A stretch of DNA of 64,000 nt from an uncultured Aminicenantes bacterium (GTDB taxonomy: Bacteria > Acidobacteriota > Aminicenantia > UBA2199): contig CBDAFS010000024.1 in NCBI GenBank assembly GCA_965195285.1, positions 1 through 64,000 of the forward strand. The letters are read 5' to 3'. The notes below the pieces were generated by a model. It was given only the letters and a program-made list of their open reading frames with translations. It was not told where the DNA came from and did not search any database. The first letter of the stretch is position 1. Every line of letters starts with the position of its first letter. The position numbers and the translations under genes are program-made. Shown one piece after another: positions 29,160-38,887 of this stretch.

Positions 29160-29885
29160 CTACCAGCCGCCGGAAGCGCCTCCTCCGCCGAAACTGCCGC
29201 CTCCTCCGGAAAAGCCGCCACCACCGAAGCCCCCACTGCTGCCGGATCCACCTCCCCAGAAAATCGAGCTTCCCCGGCCGCTGCCTCGACCGCCCCGGAA
29301 GATGTTCATAAAAATGATCACCATCAATATGAATAGCCCGAAGGGAATCATACTGCCCTTGCCCTTTTTCTGGGCCTTTTTATAGCGGGCCAATTCTTCC
29401 GGCGAGATATCAAATTCCTTATTAACAATCCCGGTAATGGCGTTCAGGGCTTGGCTTATCCCTTTAAAATATTCCTTCTTTTTAAAAGATGCCACAATGT
29501 AATTGCGAATAATGTACCCGCACTTGGCATCAGTCAGAATGGGCTCAAGTCCATAACCGACCTCGATCCTGATTTTTCTCTCGGCCATGGCAATAATTAC
29601 GATAACCCCATTATCCAGTCCTTTTTGCCCGATCTTCCATTTCTCTGCAACCCGGATGGAATAATCCTCAAGTGATTCTCCCTGTAACGATTGCAGGGTC
29701 AGCAGGGCAAACTGGGAAGTGGTTTTGTTCTCGGCCTCCTCTAATAATCTCTCTAACTGTGCTTCCTCGCCAGCGGAAAGGAGATTGGCTAAGTCATTTA
29801 TTCGCGCCTTCAGGAGAGGGATTTCAAGTGAAAAGACAAATGCAGTACATGCCATTACCAGAATCAGTATGGACTTGATTTTCAT
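29160..29885 (-). CDS. TPM domain protein (YgcG-like)
   Basis: NDLANLLS, WKIGQKGLDNG, RIEVGYGLE..LTD, Gly-rich tail FGGGGASGGW. Confidence 0.92.
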   Translation of the reverse strand: MKIKSILILVMACTAFVFSLEIPLLKARINDLANLLSAGEEAQLERLLEEAENKTTSQFALLTLQSLQGESLEDYSIRVAEKWKIGQKGLDNGVIVIIAMAERKIRIEVGYGLEPILTDAKCGYIIRNYIVASFKKKEYFKGISQALNAITGIVNKEFDISPEELARYKKAQKKGKGSMIPFGLFILMVIIFMNIFRGGRGSGRGSSIFWGGGSGSSGGFGGGGFSGGGGSFGGGGASGGW

Positions 29886-30562
29886 GATTTCTTCTCTAAA
29901 ATTTGCAATTCATCACCCAGTTCATTGACATCGTCCGGGTGGGCAGGAAAATGCTGGGACAACAGGTTTCCGCATTGGGAAATGGCTTCCAGAATATGAT
30001 CGACAAACCGGTTGGTTTTAATACCCTCGATGATATGCTCCATGATGGAATTCCATTTTTCCTGGGAAATTTTTTTACTGATTCCCCGGTCAGCTAACAG
30101 TTCAACCCTTTTTTCCAACAGGGAAATGAAAATGAGAATACCAGTACGGTCTTTGGTGTTATATACCCCGGATTCCATGAAATGCCGGATGGCACGTTCA
30201 TTGACTTTCTTCCGCATTAATTTACGGGAAACGATCAATCGATCCATGAAGGTTAAATTGGCAATCAGATAAAATATAAAAATGACCAGGAATGTGGAAA
30301 ATCCGTAGAAAATCAAAATGTAATGGGGTGAATAATCCCAGAACATGCCCTGGATCAAACTTTCAACCTTGGCGGTAAAAAACATCATGATTATGAAATA
30401 AAAAAAACCGCCGATAATTCCGAACATCAACTCCTGAGCCGTGTAATCATAACTTTCTTTTATTACTGACAGGGTAATCTCTCCGGTGGTTTTTCTTTCC
30501 GCTTTTTTGACGGCATTATTTATATTTTCAAGGTTTTTAGGACTGAAATGAAACTGTGGCAT
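29882..30562 (-). CDS. TPM domain membrane protein
   Basis: AERKTTGEI, TKDRTGILIFISLLEKRVELLADRGI, HFP...NEL. Confidence 0.88.
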   Translation of the reverse strand: MPQFHFSPKNLENINNAVKKAERKTTGEITLSVIKESYDYTAQELMFGIIGGFFYFIIMMFFTAKVESLIQGMFWDYSPHYILIFYGFSTFLVIFIFYLIANLTFMDRLIVSRKLMRKKVNERAIRHFMESGVYNTKDRTGILIFISLLEKRVELLADRGISKKISQEKWNSIMEHIIEGIKTNRFVDHILEAISQCGNLLSQHFPAHPDDVNELGDELQILEKKS

Positions 30563-30630
30563 AATACCTCCTTCCCTATTCCAGCAGGCCTAAATAAATG
30601 ATGGCCTGTGATGACAATACTGTACGTTAT

Positions 30631-31245
30631 CTAGGTAAACTTGACTTTGGGGACAGTCTCAGCGCCTTCCTGGGATTTGAAATACGGTTTTTCCCTGAAT
30701 CCGAATAGATTGGCCAGCATTACCCGGGGGAACTGCTTGATATAAACATTAAAGCCCCGGGCAGCTTCATTGAAACGCCTTCTCTCAATGGTTATCCGGT
30801 TTTCGGTTCCCTCCAGCTGGTTCTGCAAACTGAGAAAATTTTGATTGGACTTCAATTCCGGATATCGTTCAACCACCACCATCAATCGCTGAAGGGCGGA
30901 AGATAAAGAATTCTGAGCCTGTTGAAATTTTTCAAACATGGCCGGGTTATTCAGAACCTCCTCGGATACATTGAAGGTCCCTTTGGCCTTTGACCTGGCC
31001 TCGGCAACCGCAATAAAGGTTTCTTTTTCCTGAGCAGCATATCCCTTTACGGTTTCCACCAGGTTGGGAATCAAATCAAAGCGCCTCTGGTATACATTCT
31101 CCACCTGGCTCCATTTCTCCTTCACTCCTTCATCAAGTTTGACCATTGAATTATAGGAATTTGTCACATATGAATACAGAATTATTCCAAAAAGAATAAC
31201 AACTCCGATAATAACCAGACATCCCATTGATAGCTTTCCTTTCAT
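30631..31245 (-). CDS. lemA: LemA family protein
   Basis: YQRRFDLIPNLVETVKGYA, ERYPELKSN, LEGTENRI...RRRFN. Confidence 0.95.
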   Translation of the reverse strand: MKGKLSMGCLVIIGVVILFGIILYSYVTNSYNSMVKLDEGVKEKWSQVENVYQRRFDLIPNLVETVKGYAAQEKETFIAVAEARSKAKGTFNVSEEVLNNPAMFEKFQQAQNSLSSALQRLMVVVERYPELKSNQNFLSLQNQLEGTENRITIERRRFNEAARGFNVYIKQFPRVMLANLFGFREKPYFKSQEGAETVPKVKFT

Positions 31246-31289
31246 GTTTCCTCCAGCAAACTAAATTTTATAATAAACCTAACTTATCG

Positions 31290-32285
31290 TTATTCTTTTT
31301 CCGCCTGGATTAGGTCTTCGGGTTTCTTCATCAGGGCTTCGGCTTTATATGAGGACAGGAAAAACGGATAGGAATTAACCGAAGTGGCAGCCGGATATGA
31401 GTCGTCACCTTCCTGTATTTTGGAAAAAATCTGCAGGGTGTACTGTTTGTTGCCTTTCATGGTGATAGAATAGATCGGGTCGGTGAATTCCAGTTTGGTT
31501 TTGCCTTCTACAAATTTCAGACAGCTGAGGTTGGAGAGATCCCGGATCATGGTCTTGATCTCTTCGATTTTTCCCTTTTTACCATACGGCATGACCCAGA
31601 TTTCAACTTCCTTGGGTTCAGCAGGTTCTTTTTTTGCTGTCGCCTCAGAAGCAGCCGGGGGCTGGGCCTTGATCTCGACCTTTTCCATTTTCCTGGAAAA
31701 AACCAGGGATTCACCAGCTAGATTCAATTCGATTTCCCGGATTTCAGAGGGGTCGAATTTCATGACCCGTTTATCCCTCAGGGCCTCTACTGTCTGGTCA
31801 AATTGGGTCCGGAAAGCATTTTTGGCTTGAAACACACGATCATCATTCTGAATTTTCACATAGGTATGCCGATGAGTGGCAGCCTGTTTTCCGATTTTAA
31901 ATTCCCATATCAGCCCTTCTTGATCGTAGACCCGGGTGATAATTCCATTTTGATCATCCAATCCGTATTTTGAATAGCTTCCGGATTCGGAAATCACATC
32001 GGTAATGGAAAAACCCGATATTTCCTTGATAATTTTCTGGATTTTGTCCGGATTTGCCGGATATCCCTGGGGACCAATAAACCACTGCTTGTCCTTGATT
32101 TCAAGGGTAATGGTTTTGCCGGCCCTGGTGATCTCAACCTTATGAATATCCTCACTGGAAACAGGATCGATCTCCGGAATATCATAGTGGACCCGGTCCG
32201 GATTTCTCAGAAAAAGATAAAGCAACAGAGAGATGATTGCAACACCCAGTATGACATATTCGATTTTAAAACCAGAAGATTTCAT
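31290..32285 (-). CDS. DUF4340 domain protein
   Basis: N-terminal anchor; YGLD, IGK..., YVK, LRDKRV; usual last gene of Gld-like ABC operons. Confidence 0.8.
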   Translation of the reverse strand: MKSSGFKIEYVILGVAIISLLLYLFLRNPDRVHYDIPEIDPVSSEDIHKVEITRAGKTITLEIKDKQWFIGPQGYPANPDKIQKIIKEISGFSITDVISESGSYSKYGLDDQNGIITRVYDQEGLIWEFKIGKQAATHRHTYVKIQNDDRVFQAKNAFRTQFDQTVEALRDKRVMKFDPSEIREIELNLAGESLVFSRKMEKVEIKAQPPAASEATAKKEPAEPKEVEIWVMPYGKKGKIEEIKTMIRDLSNLSCLKFVEGKTKLEFTDPIYSITMKGNKQYTLQIFSKIQEGDDSYPAATSVNSYPFFLSSYKAEALMKKPEDLIQAEKE

Positions 32286-32297
32286 GGTCAGCCTCCC

Positions 32298-34517
32298 CTA
32301 TTCCTTAAACATCAATTGAATCTTTCGCTTTCTGGATCTGCGTCGAAACCAGATCACAATACCGCCCAGAATAACCAGTATGGGCAACCCGATGATATTA
32401 AAGGTTTTAAAAAAGGTTTTGGTACCGGACTTTGTCTCTTCCAGCAGGTTGAATCGTTGATGTTTGGAGCGCATAATGGCAATATCCTGGCGATTGTTCA
32501 GAAAATCCAGTAAGTTCATCACGAAAATGGCATTGGGTGATTTCCCCTCTTCATCCAGTATATTGTTTTTCATTATTTCTGTGGATCCGATCAGAAATAT
32601 TTTAGCCTGTTTTCCCTTTTTGATGAAGCTTTCCTGTTTTTTTAATTTGGAAAGATCAATGGCTGGTTTTTCCTCTTTTTTTAGTTGTTTGTCTTTTGGA
32701 TCAGTTTCCGTGTTTTCTTTTTTTTCCTTTTCTACCGGTTTATCCGGAATGGATTTGCCATCAAAATAGCTGGGAAAGCTTCCTTCCAGTAAATAAGATA
32801 ACGGTAGACTCTTTTGCAGATCCTTGGACTGGGGAGGCGAAATGAAATAGGGATTTAAATTGATTTTACCGCTCATTTCCCAGGATTTAGCGGATGATGA
32901 CAACAATTTGATGGCATTGATCTGATTGTCCTTGATCTTTTGTTCGAGCAGTTCCAGCGGAGATATTTTCACCATGATCAAACGTTCGATGTGCTTCAAA
33001 AATCCCAGTTGCCGGTTGATAGATTGACTCTGGATTATCGGGGCATAATAAATGGGCTGCTCCCCGCCCCCATAGCGTTGATCCACCCGCTGTTTATAGC
33101 AGTTTTCATCCATCACATAGGAATTCTTGATTCTGATCCCATAGTGTTCTAACAGTTTTTCCAATCCGGTTTTCAGGGGTATATAAAAGGGGCCCTGATT
33201 GCGATTGAAATACTGCTGGTTCTGGCGCGCCGGCTGAATTTCGTTGAATGCATCCAAAAATATTGCCAGGGTTTTCCCCTTCATTAGAAATTGATCGATT
33301 TGATAGAGGGCATAGTCTGAAAACTCTTCTTTGGGTCGGGAGATCACCAGACAATTCAGGTTGGCCGGAATGGGATCTTGCTTTAAATTGACCTGCTTAA
33401 CCGAATAATTATTAGAAACCATCGAATTGAAATGGGAGATAGATTCGACCTGTTGCTGGTTTGGCAGTCCATAACCCCCGGTCAGAGGAAGGGCGCCGTG
33501 GTCGGACAGGTATCCGATGCTATCAAAAATATCAATGAGGTTCTCAATCCCTTCATCAATGGTCTGTTCTATTTTGTCAATGCCGGTTAATTTATACTGG
33601 GTACCGAATAGTGGAACGTTCATGGCCTGAATCAGCTGAATTTCCTGGATCTTCTGGTTGTACTCCAAAACAATTCCGGCGACCCCGGTATCGCCGGGAA
33701 TCTCCTTTCCGAAACGGTCCTTCTGGCTCTCCCACTGCAGCCGAAACAGATTATACTTCTTTTGAGTCTCCATGGCGCTGGGATCTTTACTGGGATCAAA
33801 ATGGGTGAACACCAACTTGTTGTAATTTTTCTCATTCAGCTTAGTGACCACTTTTTCCAATTTGGATGGTATCTCGGAAAGTCCTGAAATATTGATGTAT
33901 GGTGCAACGATTTCAAGTGAAGAAGATAAAAACAGTCTTACCTGAATTTTATTTTTCAAGCGAAGCAGTGCACTGATTTTATCATTCATTTTCTGTAAGG
34001 CAGCGGTAATTTTATATTCCAAACCTTCGGTACTGGAAATGGTCGGAATTTTTTCGATCATATCCCCGTGGATCATGGCCAGCCCCATATAGGCTTTCTG
34101 GAATTTGACTTCATCTTTATCGATATTTTGGATCTGAACAGGGTAGATACCATAATTGTTGGCCTTTTCCTGGTTTGATGTCGTTTTCTGATCGGTTACC
34201 CTATCCTTGACACTGACATCATGAAACTGGTAATTGAAATACCGGTTGCCATATATTCCGTATTCGGTCAGTAAATCACGCAAATACCGTTCGGTATTAT
34301 TGTAGGGTGCAGGTAAATTCTTGGTAAAAAAGACATGAATAGTCAGTGGCTCGGTAAGGGTTGACACCACTTTCTTACTGACCTCTGAAATGGAGTATAA
34401 GCCATCTCTGGTCAGGTCAATCCGAAAAAAAAGAGTGGTTGCAGCCAGATTAATGAGAATAAAAACAACCAGATAGGTCAAGAATTTGTAATATTTATTG
34501 TACTGTTGTGATTTCAT
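32298..34517 (-). CDS. GldG-like ABC transporter auxiliary protein
   Basis: RIDLTRDGLYSIS, LEYKIT, IDQFLMKG, N..FVMNLLDFL, C-terminal TM then WFRRR; start ATG at 34517 (MKSQQY). Confidence 0.88.
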   Translation of the reverse strand: MKSQQYNKYYKFLTYLVVFILINLAATTLFFRIDLTRDGLYSISEVSKKVVSTLTEPLTIHVFFTKNLPAPYNNTERYLRDLLTEYGIYGNRYFNYQFHDVSVKDRVTDQKTTSNQEKANNYGIYPVQIQNIDKDEVKFQKAYMGLAMIHGDMIEKIPTISSTEGLEYKITAALQKMNDKISALLRLKNKIQVRLFLSSSLEIVAPYINISGLSEIPSKLEKVVTKLNEKNYNKLVFTHFDPSKDPSAMETQKKYNLFRLQWESQKDRFGKEIPGDTGVAGIVLEYNQKIQEIQLIQAMNVPLFGTQYKLTGIDKIEQTIDEGIENLIDIFDSIGYLSDHGALPLTGGYGLPNQQQVESISHFNSMVSNNYSVKQVNLKQDPIPANLNCLVISRPKEEFSDYALYQIDQFLMKGKTLAIFLDAFNEIQPARQNQQYFNRNQGPFYIPLKTGLEKLLEHYGIRIKNSYVMDENCYKQRVDQRYGGGEQPIYYAPIIQSQSINRQLGFLKHIERLIMVKISPLELLEQKIKDNQINAIKLLSSSAKSWEMSGKINLNPYFISPPQSKDLQKSLPLSYLLEGSFPSYFDGKSIPDKPVEKEKKENTETDPKDKQLKKEEKPAIDLSKLKKQESFIKKGKQAKIFLIGSTEIMKNNILDEEGKSPNAIFVMNLLDFLNNRQDIAIMRSKHQRFNLLEETKSGTKTFFKTFNIIGLPILVILGGIVIWFRRRSRKRKIQLMFKE

Positions 34518-34527
34518 GTCAAACCTC

Positions 34528-35232
34528 TTATTTTTTTCCCTGTAAAACCAGGTGGTTTCCGTATAAGGCCACAATACTAACGGTTAGAAAATAAAGAATG
34601 TCTCTTGAATCAATTATCCCTTTGGCAATATTCTCGAAATGGAAATCCGCTCCCATGAATTCCAGTAATCCCAATAGTGATTCGGGCAGGAAAAACAACA
34701 TCTTGTCAATCAGGGTCAGGGCCAAACAGATACTCATGCCAATGATAAAGGCAATGATCTGGTTTTTGGTTAAAGAGCTGGCAAACAATCCCACAGCTGA
34801 AAAAATGGCACCCAGGAATATGGCACCGATATAACCGCCCAACACCGGGCCCCAGTCCAGTGATCCCATAGTGGTGATGGTGATAGCATAGAATACGGTG
34901 GGTAACAACATTACACAGACAAATACCACCGAGGCTATAAATTTTCCCAGAATAATTTCAGTGAAATTAAGGGGAAGGGTTATGAGTATTTCATAGGAAC
35001 CCACATTCATCTCCTCCGAAAACAGTCGCATGGTTACTGCCGGAATTACAAATGTGAAGGTGATGGGCAACAAGGAGAAAAAGTTACGCAGACTGGCCTG
35101 GTTGTACAAAAAAAAGGTGGAAAAGAAAAACCACCCGGTAATCAGCAGAAAAATGGATATCACAATATAGGCGATGGGAGTTATAAAATAACTCTTCAAT
35201 TCTTTTTTAAAAACAGTCAATACATTTTTCAT
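34528..35232 (-). CDS. GldF-like ABC-2 permease
   Basis: KKELKSYFITPIAY, PAVTMRLFSEE..GSYEILITLP, SSLTKNQIIA. Confidence 0.92.
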   Translation of the reverse strand: MKNVLTVFKKELKSYFITPIAYIVISIFLLITGWFFFSTFFLYNQASLRNFFSLLPITFTFVIPAVTMRLFSEEMNVGSYEILITLPLNFTEIILGKFIASVVFVCVMLLPTVFYAITITTMGSLDWGPVLGGYIGAIFLGAIFSAVGLFASSLTKNQIIAFIIGMSICLALTLIDKMLFFLPESLLGLLEFMGADFHFENIAKGIIDSRDILYFLTVSIVALYGNHLVLQGKK

Positions 35233-35233
35233 T

Positions 35234-36172
35234 TTAATTCTCCTTTGTCAGTTGCCTGAAAATATGTTCAAGTGATTGGGTGTGGGGATATAATGATAGC
35301 AGTATCCAGTCCTGATTTTTTATGGTTTTATATATATCGGTTCTGATCGCTTCGCTGGGTTCGCAACCCAATCCCAGATTGAGGATTTGATTCTTTTGGG
35401 AAGGTTGCCGGGAGATTTTAGTAATTCCCGGAATGCCTGATAAAATTTTTTCGGCCTGGTCGAATCGCGCATTTTTCAAACTCAGCATCACGCTGGATTC
35501 TTTCCCGATTGATTTTTTCAGGTCCTCTATTCCGCTGTCGGCAACAATTTTACCTTTGTTGATAATGACCACCCGGTCACAGGTGGCTTCAGCCTCACTC
35601 AATATATGGGTGGATAAAATCACTGTCTTCTTTTTTCCGATCTCTTTAATGATCTCACGTATCTCTACAATTTGATTGGGATCCAGACCGGATGTCGGTT
35701 CATCCATAACCAGGATTTCAGGGTCCCCCATCATGGCCTGGGCCAGGCCCACCCGTTGTTTATATCCCCTTGAGAGCTCCCCGACCGGCTGATGCATGAC
35801 CTCTTTAATACCACAAATATCGGCTAAGTATTTAATACGTGAAGATTTGTTTTCCAGGTCCAGCTGGCGGATGTCTGCGGTGTAATCCAGGTAATCATAG
35901 ACCAGCATATCCGTATATAGTGGTGCATTCTCCGGGAGGTAACCCATTAATGATTTGATTTTCTGGTGGTCCCGGCTGACATCAAAATCCTTGACTTTGA
36001 TGGTTCCATTGGTGGGATTCAGAAAGCAGGTCAGAATTCTCATGGTGGTTGTCTTACCGGCACCATTGGGGCCTAACAGACCCAGGACTTCACCCTTTTT
36101 AACGTGAAAACTGATCTGATCCAATGCACAAAGTTCGCCATAAAACTTGGTCAGATTCTCAATTTCTATCAT
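35234..36172 (-). CDS. GldA-like ABC ATP-binding protein
   Basis: GPNGAGKTT, LSRGYKQR, DEPTSGLDP, STH. Confidence 0.95.
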   Translation of the reverse strand: MIEIENLTKFYGELCALDQISFHVKKGEVLGLLGPNGAGKTTTMRILTCFLNPTNGTIKVKDFDVSRDHQKIKSLMGYLPENAPLYTDMLVYDYLDYTADIRQLDLENKSSRIKYLADICGIKEVMHQPVGELSRGYKQRVGLAQAMMGDPEILVMDEPTSGLDPNQIVEIREIIKEIGKKKTVILSTHILSEAEATCDRVVIINKGKIVADSGIEDLKKSIGKESSVMLSLKNARFDQAEKILSGIPGITKISRQPSQKNQILNLGLGCEPSEAIRTDIYKTIKNQDWILLSLYPHTQSLEHIFRQLTKEN

Positions 36173-36266
36173 GAATAGCTCCTTATGATGATGAATTAAG
36201 TTGAGATATTATATCGTTTTTTTGCCGTTTTTTCAAGACCCTGTTCAGGAGGGAGCTATTGATCTA

Positions 36267-37052
36267 TTAATCATCCCAGCCATCCCAGATCAGTATGGTG
36301 GTTTCTTCAAAAACAATTTCGACCATAAAGGTAGTGGTTTGTCCCTGGTAGGAAATAACAACTTCATGGGGTCCCTCCATCAAAAGAAAGATGAGTGAAC
36401 TGTTGGCTTCAACCCGTCTGCTCTGGCTTCCGATAACCACACTAATGTAGGTATCAGATCGATTGAAAATGGACAAATTACCACGCCTTTCTTCACCGCC
36501 TTTCTGCCAGAGCAACACGGCCATGACCACCACGGCTACGACCACACCACTGATCAATAAAATCGGAATCAACTTCTTTTTCTTTTTTTCCGGTTTTCTG
36601 GATAGCTTTTCGATAATTTTACGGTCTTCTTCTTTTTTCTGTTCGTCCCCCACTCGGAAGGAAAACCAGTATTCGGCATTAACCTTTTTGTAAATCATCG
36701 AGTATCCCGCATCAAACTGACTCTCATCAATTTTTATTTCCGAATCCAGCTCGAACATCCTTCTGAGCATATCTTCCGAATTCTTCTGGTTTTCCATTTT
36801 ATAATAAACCTGTGACAATTTTAGATATATAAAAGCCAGAATATCCTTATCTTCGGTTAGGGATCTTGCACTTTTAAACCCGGCCAGTGCCTGCTCATAC
36901 TCTCCGCTCTGATACAGTTGCTCGGCCTCCTTCAATATTTCTTCGGTTCTATTCTGTCCCAGGGGTTCGGTTGAATAGATATTCACAACCAAAAAAAACA
37001 GGAATACAAAAAAAGTGAAAAATGCGGTGCTTCGCTTTGGAATGAAATTCAT
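36267..37052 (-). CDS. TPR-containing membrane-anchored hypothetical protein
   Basis: Signal peptide, TPR-like helices, Lys-rich stretch plus TM, small beta C-terminal domain. Confidence 0.65.
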   Translation of the reverse strand: MNFIPKRSTAFFTFFVFLFFLVVNIYSTEPLGQNRTEEILKEAEQLYQSGEYEQALAGFKSARSLTEDKDILAFIYLKLSQVYYKMENQKNSEDMLRRMFELDSEIKIDESQFDAGYSMIYKKVNAEYWFSFRVGDEQKKEEDRKIIEKLSRKPEKKKKKLIPILLISGVVVAVVVMAVLLWQKGGEERRGNLSIFNRSDTYISVVIGSQSRRVEANSSLIFLLMEGPHEVVISYQGQTTTFMVEIVFEETTILIWDGWDD

Positions 37053-37179
37053 TTACTACTCCTACATTAGGTTTCGGTTGATTTGATAAAGTGTTTTTTC
37101 TAAGCCATAACCGTATTGGTTTAATATTATAATCGAATTTCAGAAAGAAGTCAAAAAACGATATTTTCCTGATGATTTA

Positions 37180-38853
37180 TTATTTTTTTCTTTTTTTTAG
37201 ACCAATGCTTGATTTTACTCCGGACAAAAATGATTTCCACATCAGATTAAAAATGGATTTGGACAATTTTCTCTGATAATACATATTTCCTGTCCTCAGC
37301 GATTTTCTTTTCTTAGGATTATCGGATTGAATGATCCAGTTGATGAAAAACGAAGCCAGTTTTTCCTTTTTATATGATCTCCTTTTGCTCAACAATGATA
37401 TTTTCAATTCATTGTAAAACATCCTCATTCTACCCCGGATCTCATACCGGTTTCCGTTGGCCCGGAAAAACAACCGATTGATCTTTCCGCTTTCAAGATG
37501 GATGGCATTATTGTTTAAAATCGGATTTATCAAGGATCCGTTCATTGATTGCATTTTCCCACTGAATGAAAATCGGTCATGCCGATCCAGAATCGACAAA
37601 TGCATTTTCAGACTGAAATCGGTTTTGCCCATAAAGCGGGAACTGGCTCTGATTGGCAGATCATTCCGTTTTGATAAATAATGGGGAATATTGGTTATAT
37701 TTTCCAAATCCATTTTTATCTTAGAGAAAAATATTTTCGCCGTTTTATTAGCAATTTCAACCTGTTCTTCATAAACAATAAACCCATCTGAAATTTTCAC
37801 CCTTTCTACACGAATATTTGCCTTGAGATTCCGTAGATATTCCTGGGGAAATTTTTTGGGTCGTATACCGGTTCTACGCGGTACCTGCTTGTTCCTGAAA
37901 AATTCCCAATAGACCCCTCTGATTGACAATTGTTCGGCCTGAAAACGACTTTTTCCAATCAAATCAGCCACATCGGCCCCGTGAAAATGGGCCCACTTGA
38001 TCTGCAGTGATTTCCGATCGGTACGATAACCGAGTTTCCGGGAAAAATCATATTTTGGATAACGGGGATTCAGTGCTGCCAAATGCATCCAGATTTTTGA
38101 TAAAGGAGCTGAAATGCCCATTTCTTCAATGGTAACAGAATAGAAGCGGTCGGGAAGATTGATACGGATTTTGTTGAAAGTGAGTTCAAGTGTTTCCGGT
38201 TTAAAGATTGAATACCCGGTCCTTAACACATGAAAGTCCAATTTCGAATTTGTAAGCATAAAATCCAAATCAAACTTTTTGATAGCTTCCTTTTGGTTTC
38301 GACTGCCAATAGTGCTGACCGAACAGTTTTTAAAATGACAGAATTTGACAAAGACCGATCTTAAATTCAATGGGAGAGTGATATTGCTTTTTGGGATATC
38401 CACTGATTCTCTTACCGGTTTGCCTTCAGAGCTTTTGAAGATCTTAAAACGTGCTCCTTTGATAACCATTCTCCGCACATTCAGGGTTTTAAAAAAAATA
38501 TATTTATAAAGCGAAATTCCCTTGATTTTTAAAAGTGGCAATTCTACCTCGATATAGCTTGACGGCTGGTTTAAATGACCCGGTTTACCGTTCATCTCCG
38601 GTTCAGGGATCAAATGAAATTTTTTTAATGTGATGCGGTTCAAAAAAAAATTGATCCGGGGTTTCCGGTATTCGATTCGATAGAATCCGGCTGAATTTCT
38701 TTCGAAATCATCAATCTGTTTTTTGAACATATACCCGACATATAAGTTAATGACAACATTCAGCAACAGCAATAACAGGGCCAACACACCCGAAAACCAG
38801 AACAAATCCCTGACAACCCTTTTCAATTTGTTTTTTAGCATTCTGTCCTGCAT
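37180..38853 (-). CDS. AsmA/DUF748-like envelope protein
   Basis: N-terminal TM, beta-rich body, C-terminal KSIFNLMWKSFLSGVKSSIG. Confidence 0.6.
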   Translation of the reverse strand: MQDRMLKNKLKRVVRDLFWFSGVLALLLLLLNVVINLYVGYMFKKQIDDFERNSAGFYRIEYRKPRINFFLNRITLKKFHLIPEPEMNGKPGHLNQPSSYIEVELPLLKIKGISLYKYIFFKTLNVRRMVIKGARFKIFKSSEGKPVRESVDIPKSNITLPLNLRSVFVKFCHFKNCSVSTIGSRNQKEAIKKFDLDFMLTNSKLDFHVLRTGYSIFKPETLELTFNKIRINLPDRFYSVTIEEMGISAPLSKIWMHLAALNPRYPKYDFSRKLGYRTDRKSLQIKWAHFHGADVADLIGKSRFQAEQLSIRGVYWEFFRNKQVPRRTGIRPKKFPQEYLRNLKANIRVERVKISDGFIVYEEQVEIANKTAKIFFSKIKMDLENITNIPHYLSKRNDLPIRASSRFMGKTDFSLKMHLSILDRHDRFSFSGKMQSMNGSLINPILNNNAIHLESGKINRLFFRANGNRYEIRGRMRMFYNELKISLLSKRRSYKKEKLASFFINWIIQSDNPKKRKSLRTGNMYYQRKLSKSIFNLMWKSFLSGVKSSIGLKKRKK

Positions 38854-38887
38854 CCCTGTTTTTAAGTAGCACCGGCCATTCGAATTT

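Noticed and set aside
31290-36172. Gliding motility system
   Set aside because: GldAFG-like ABC plus DUF4340 operons are widespread in non-gliding bacteria; no other gld/spr genes here
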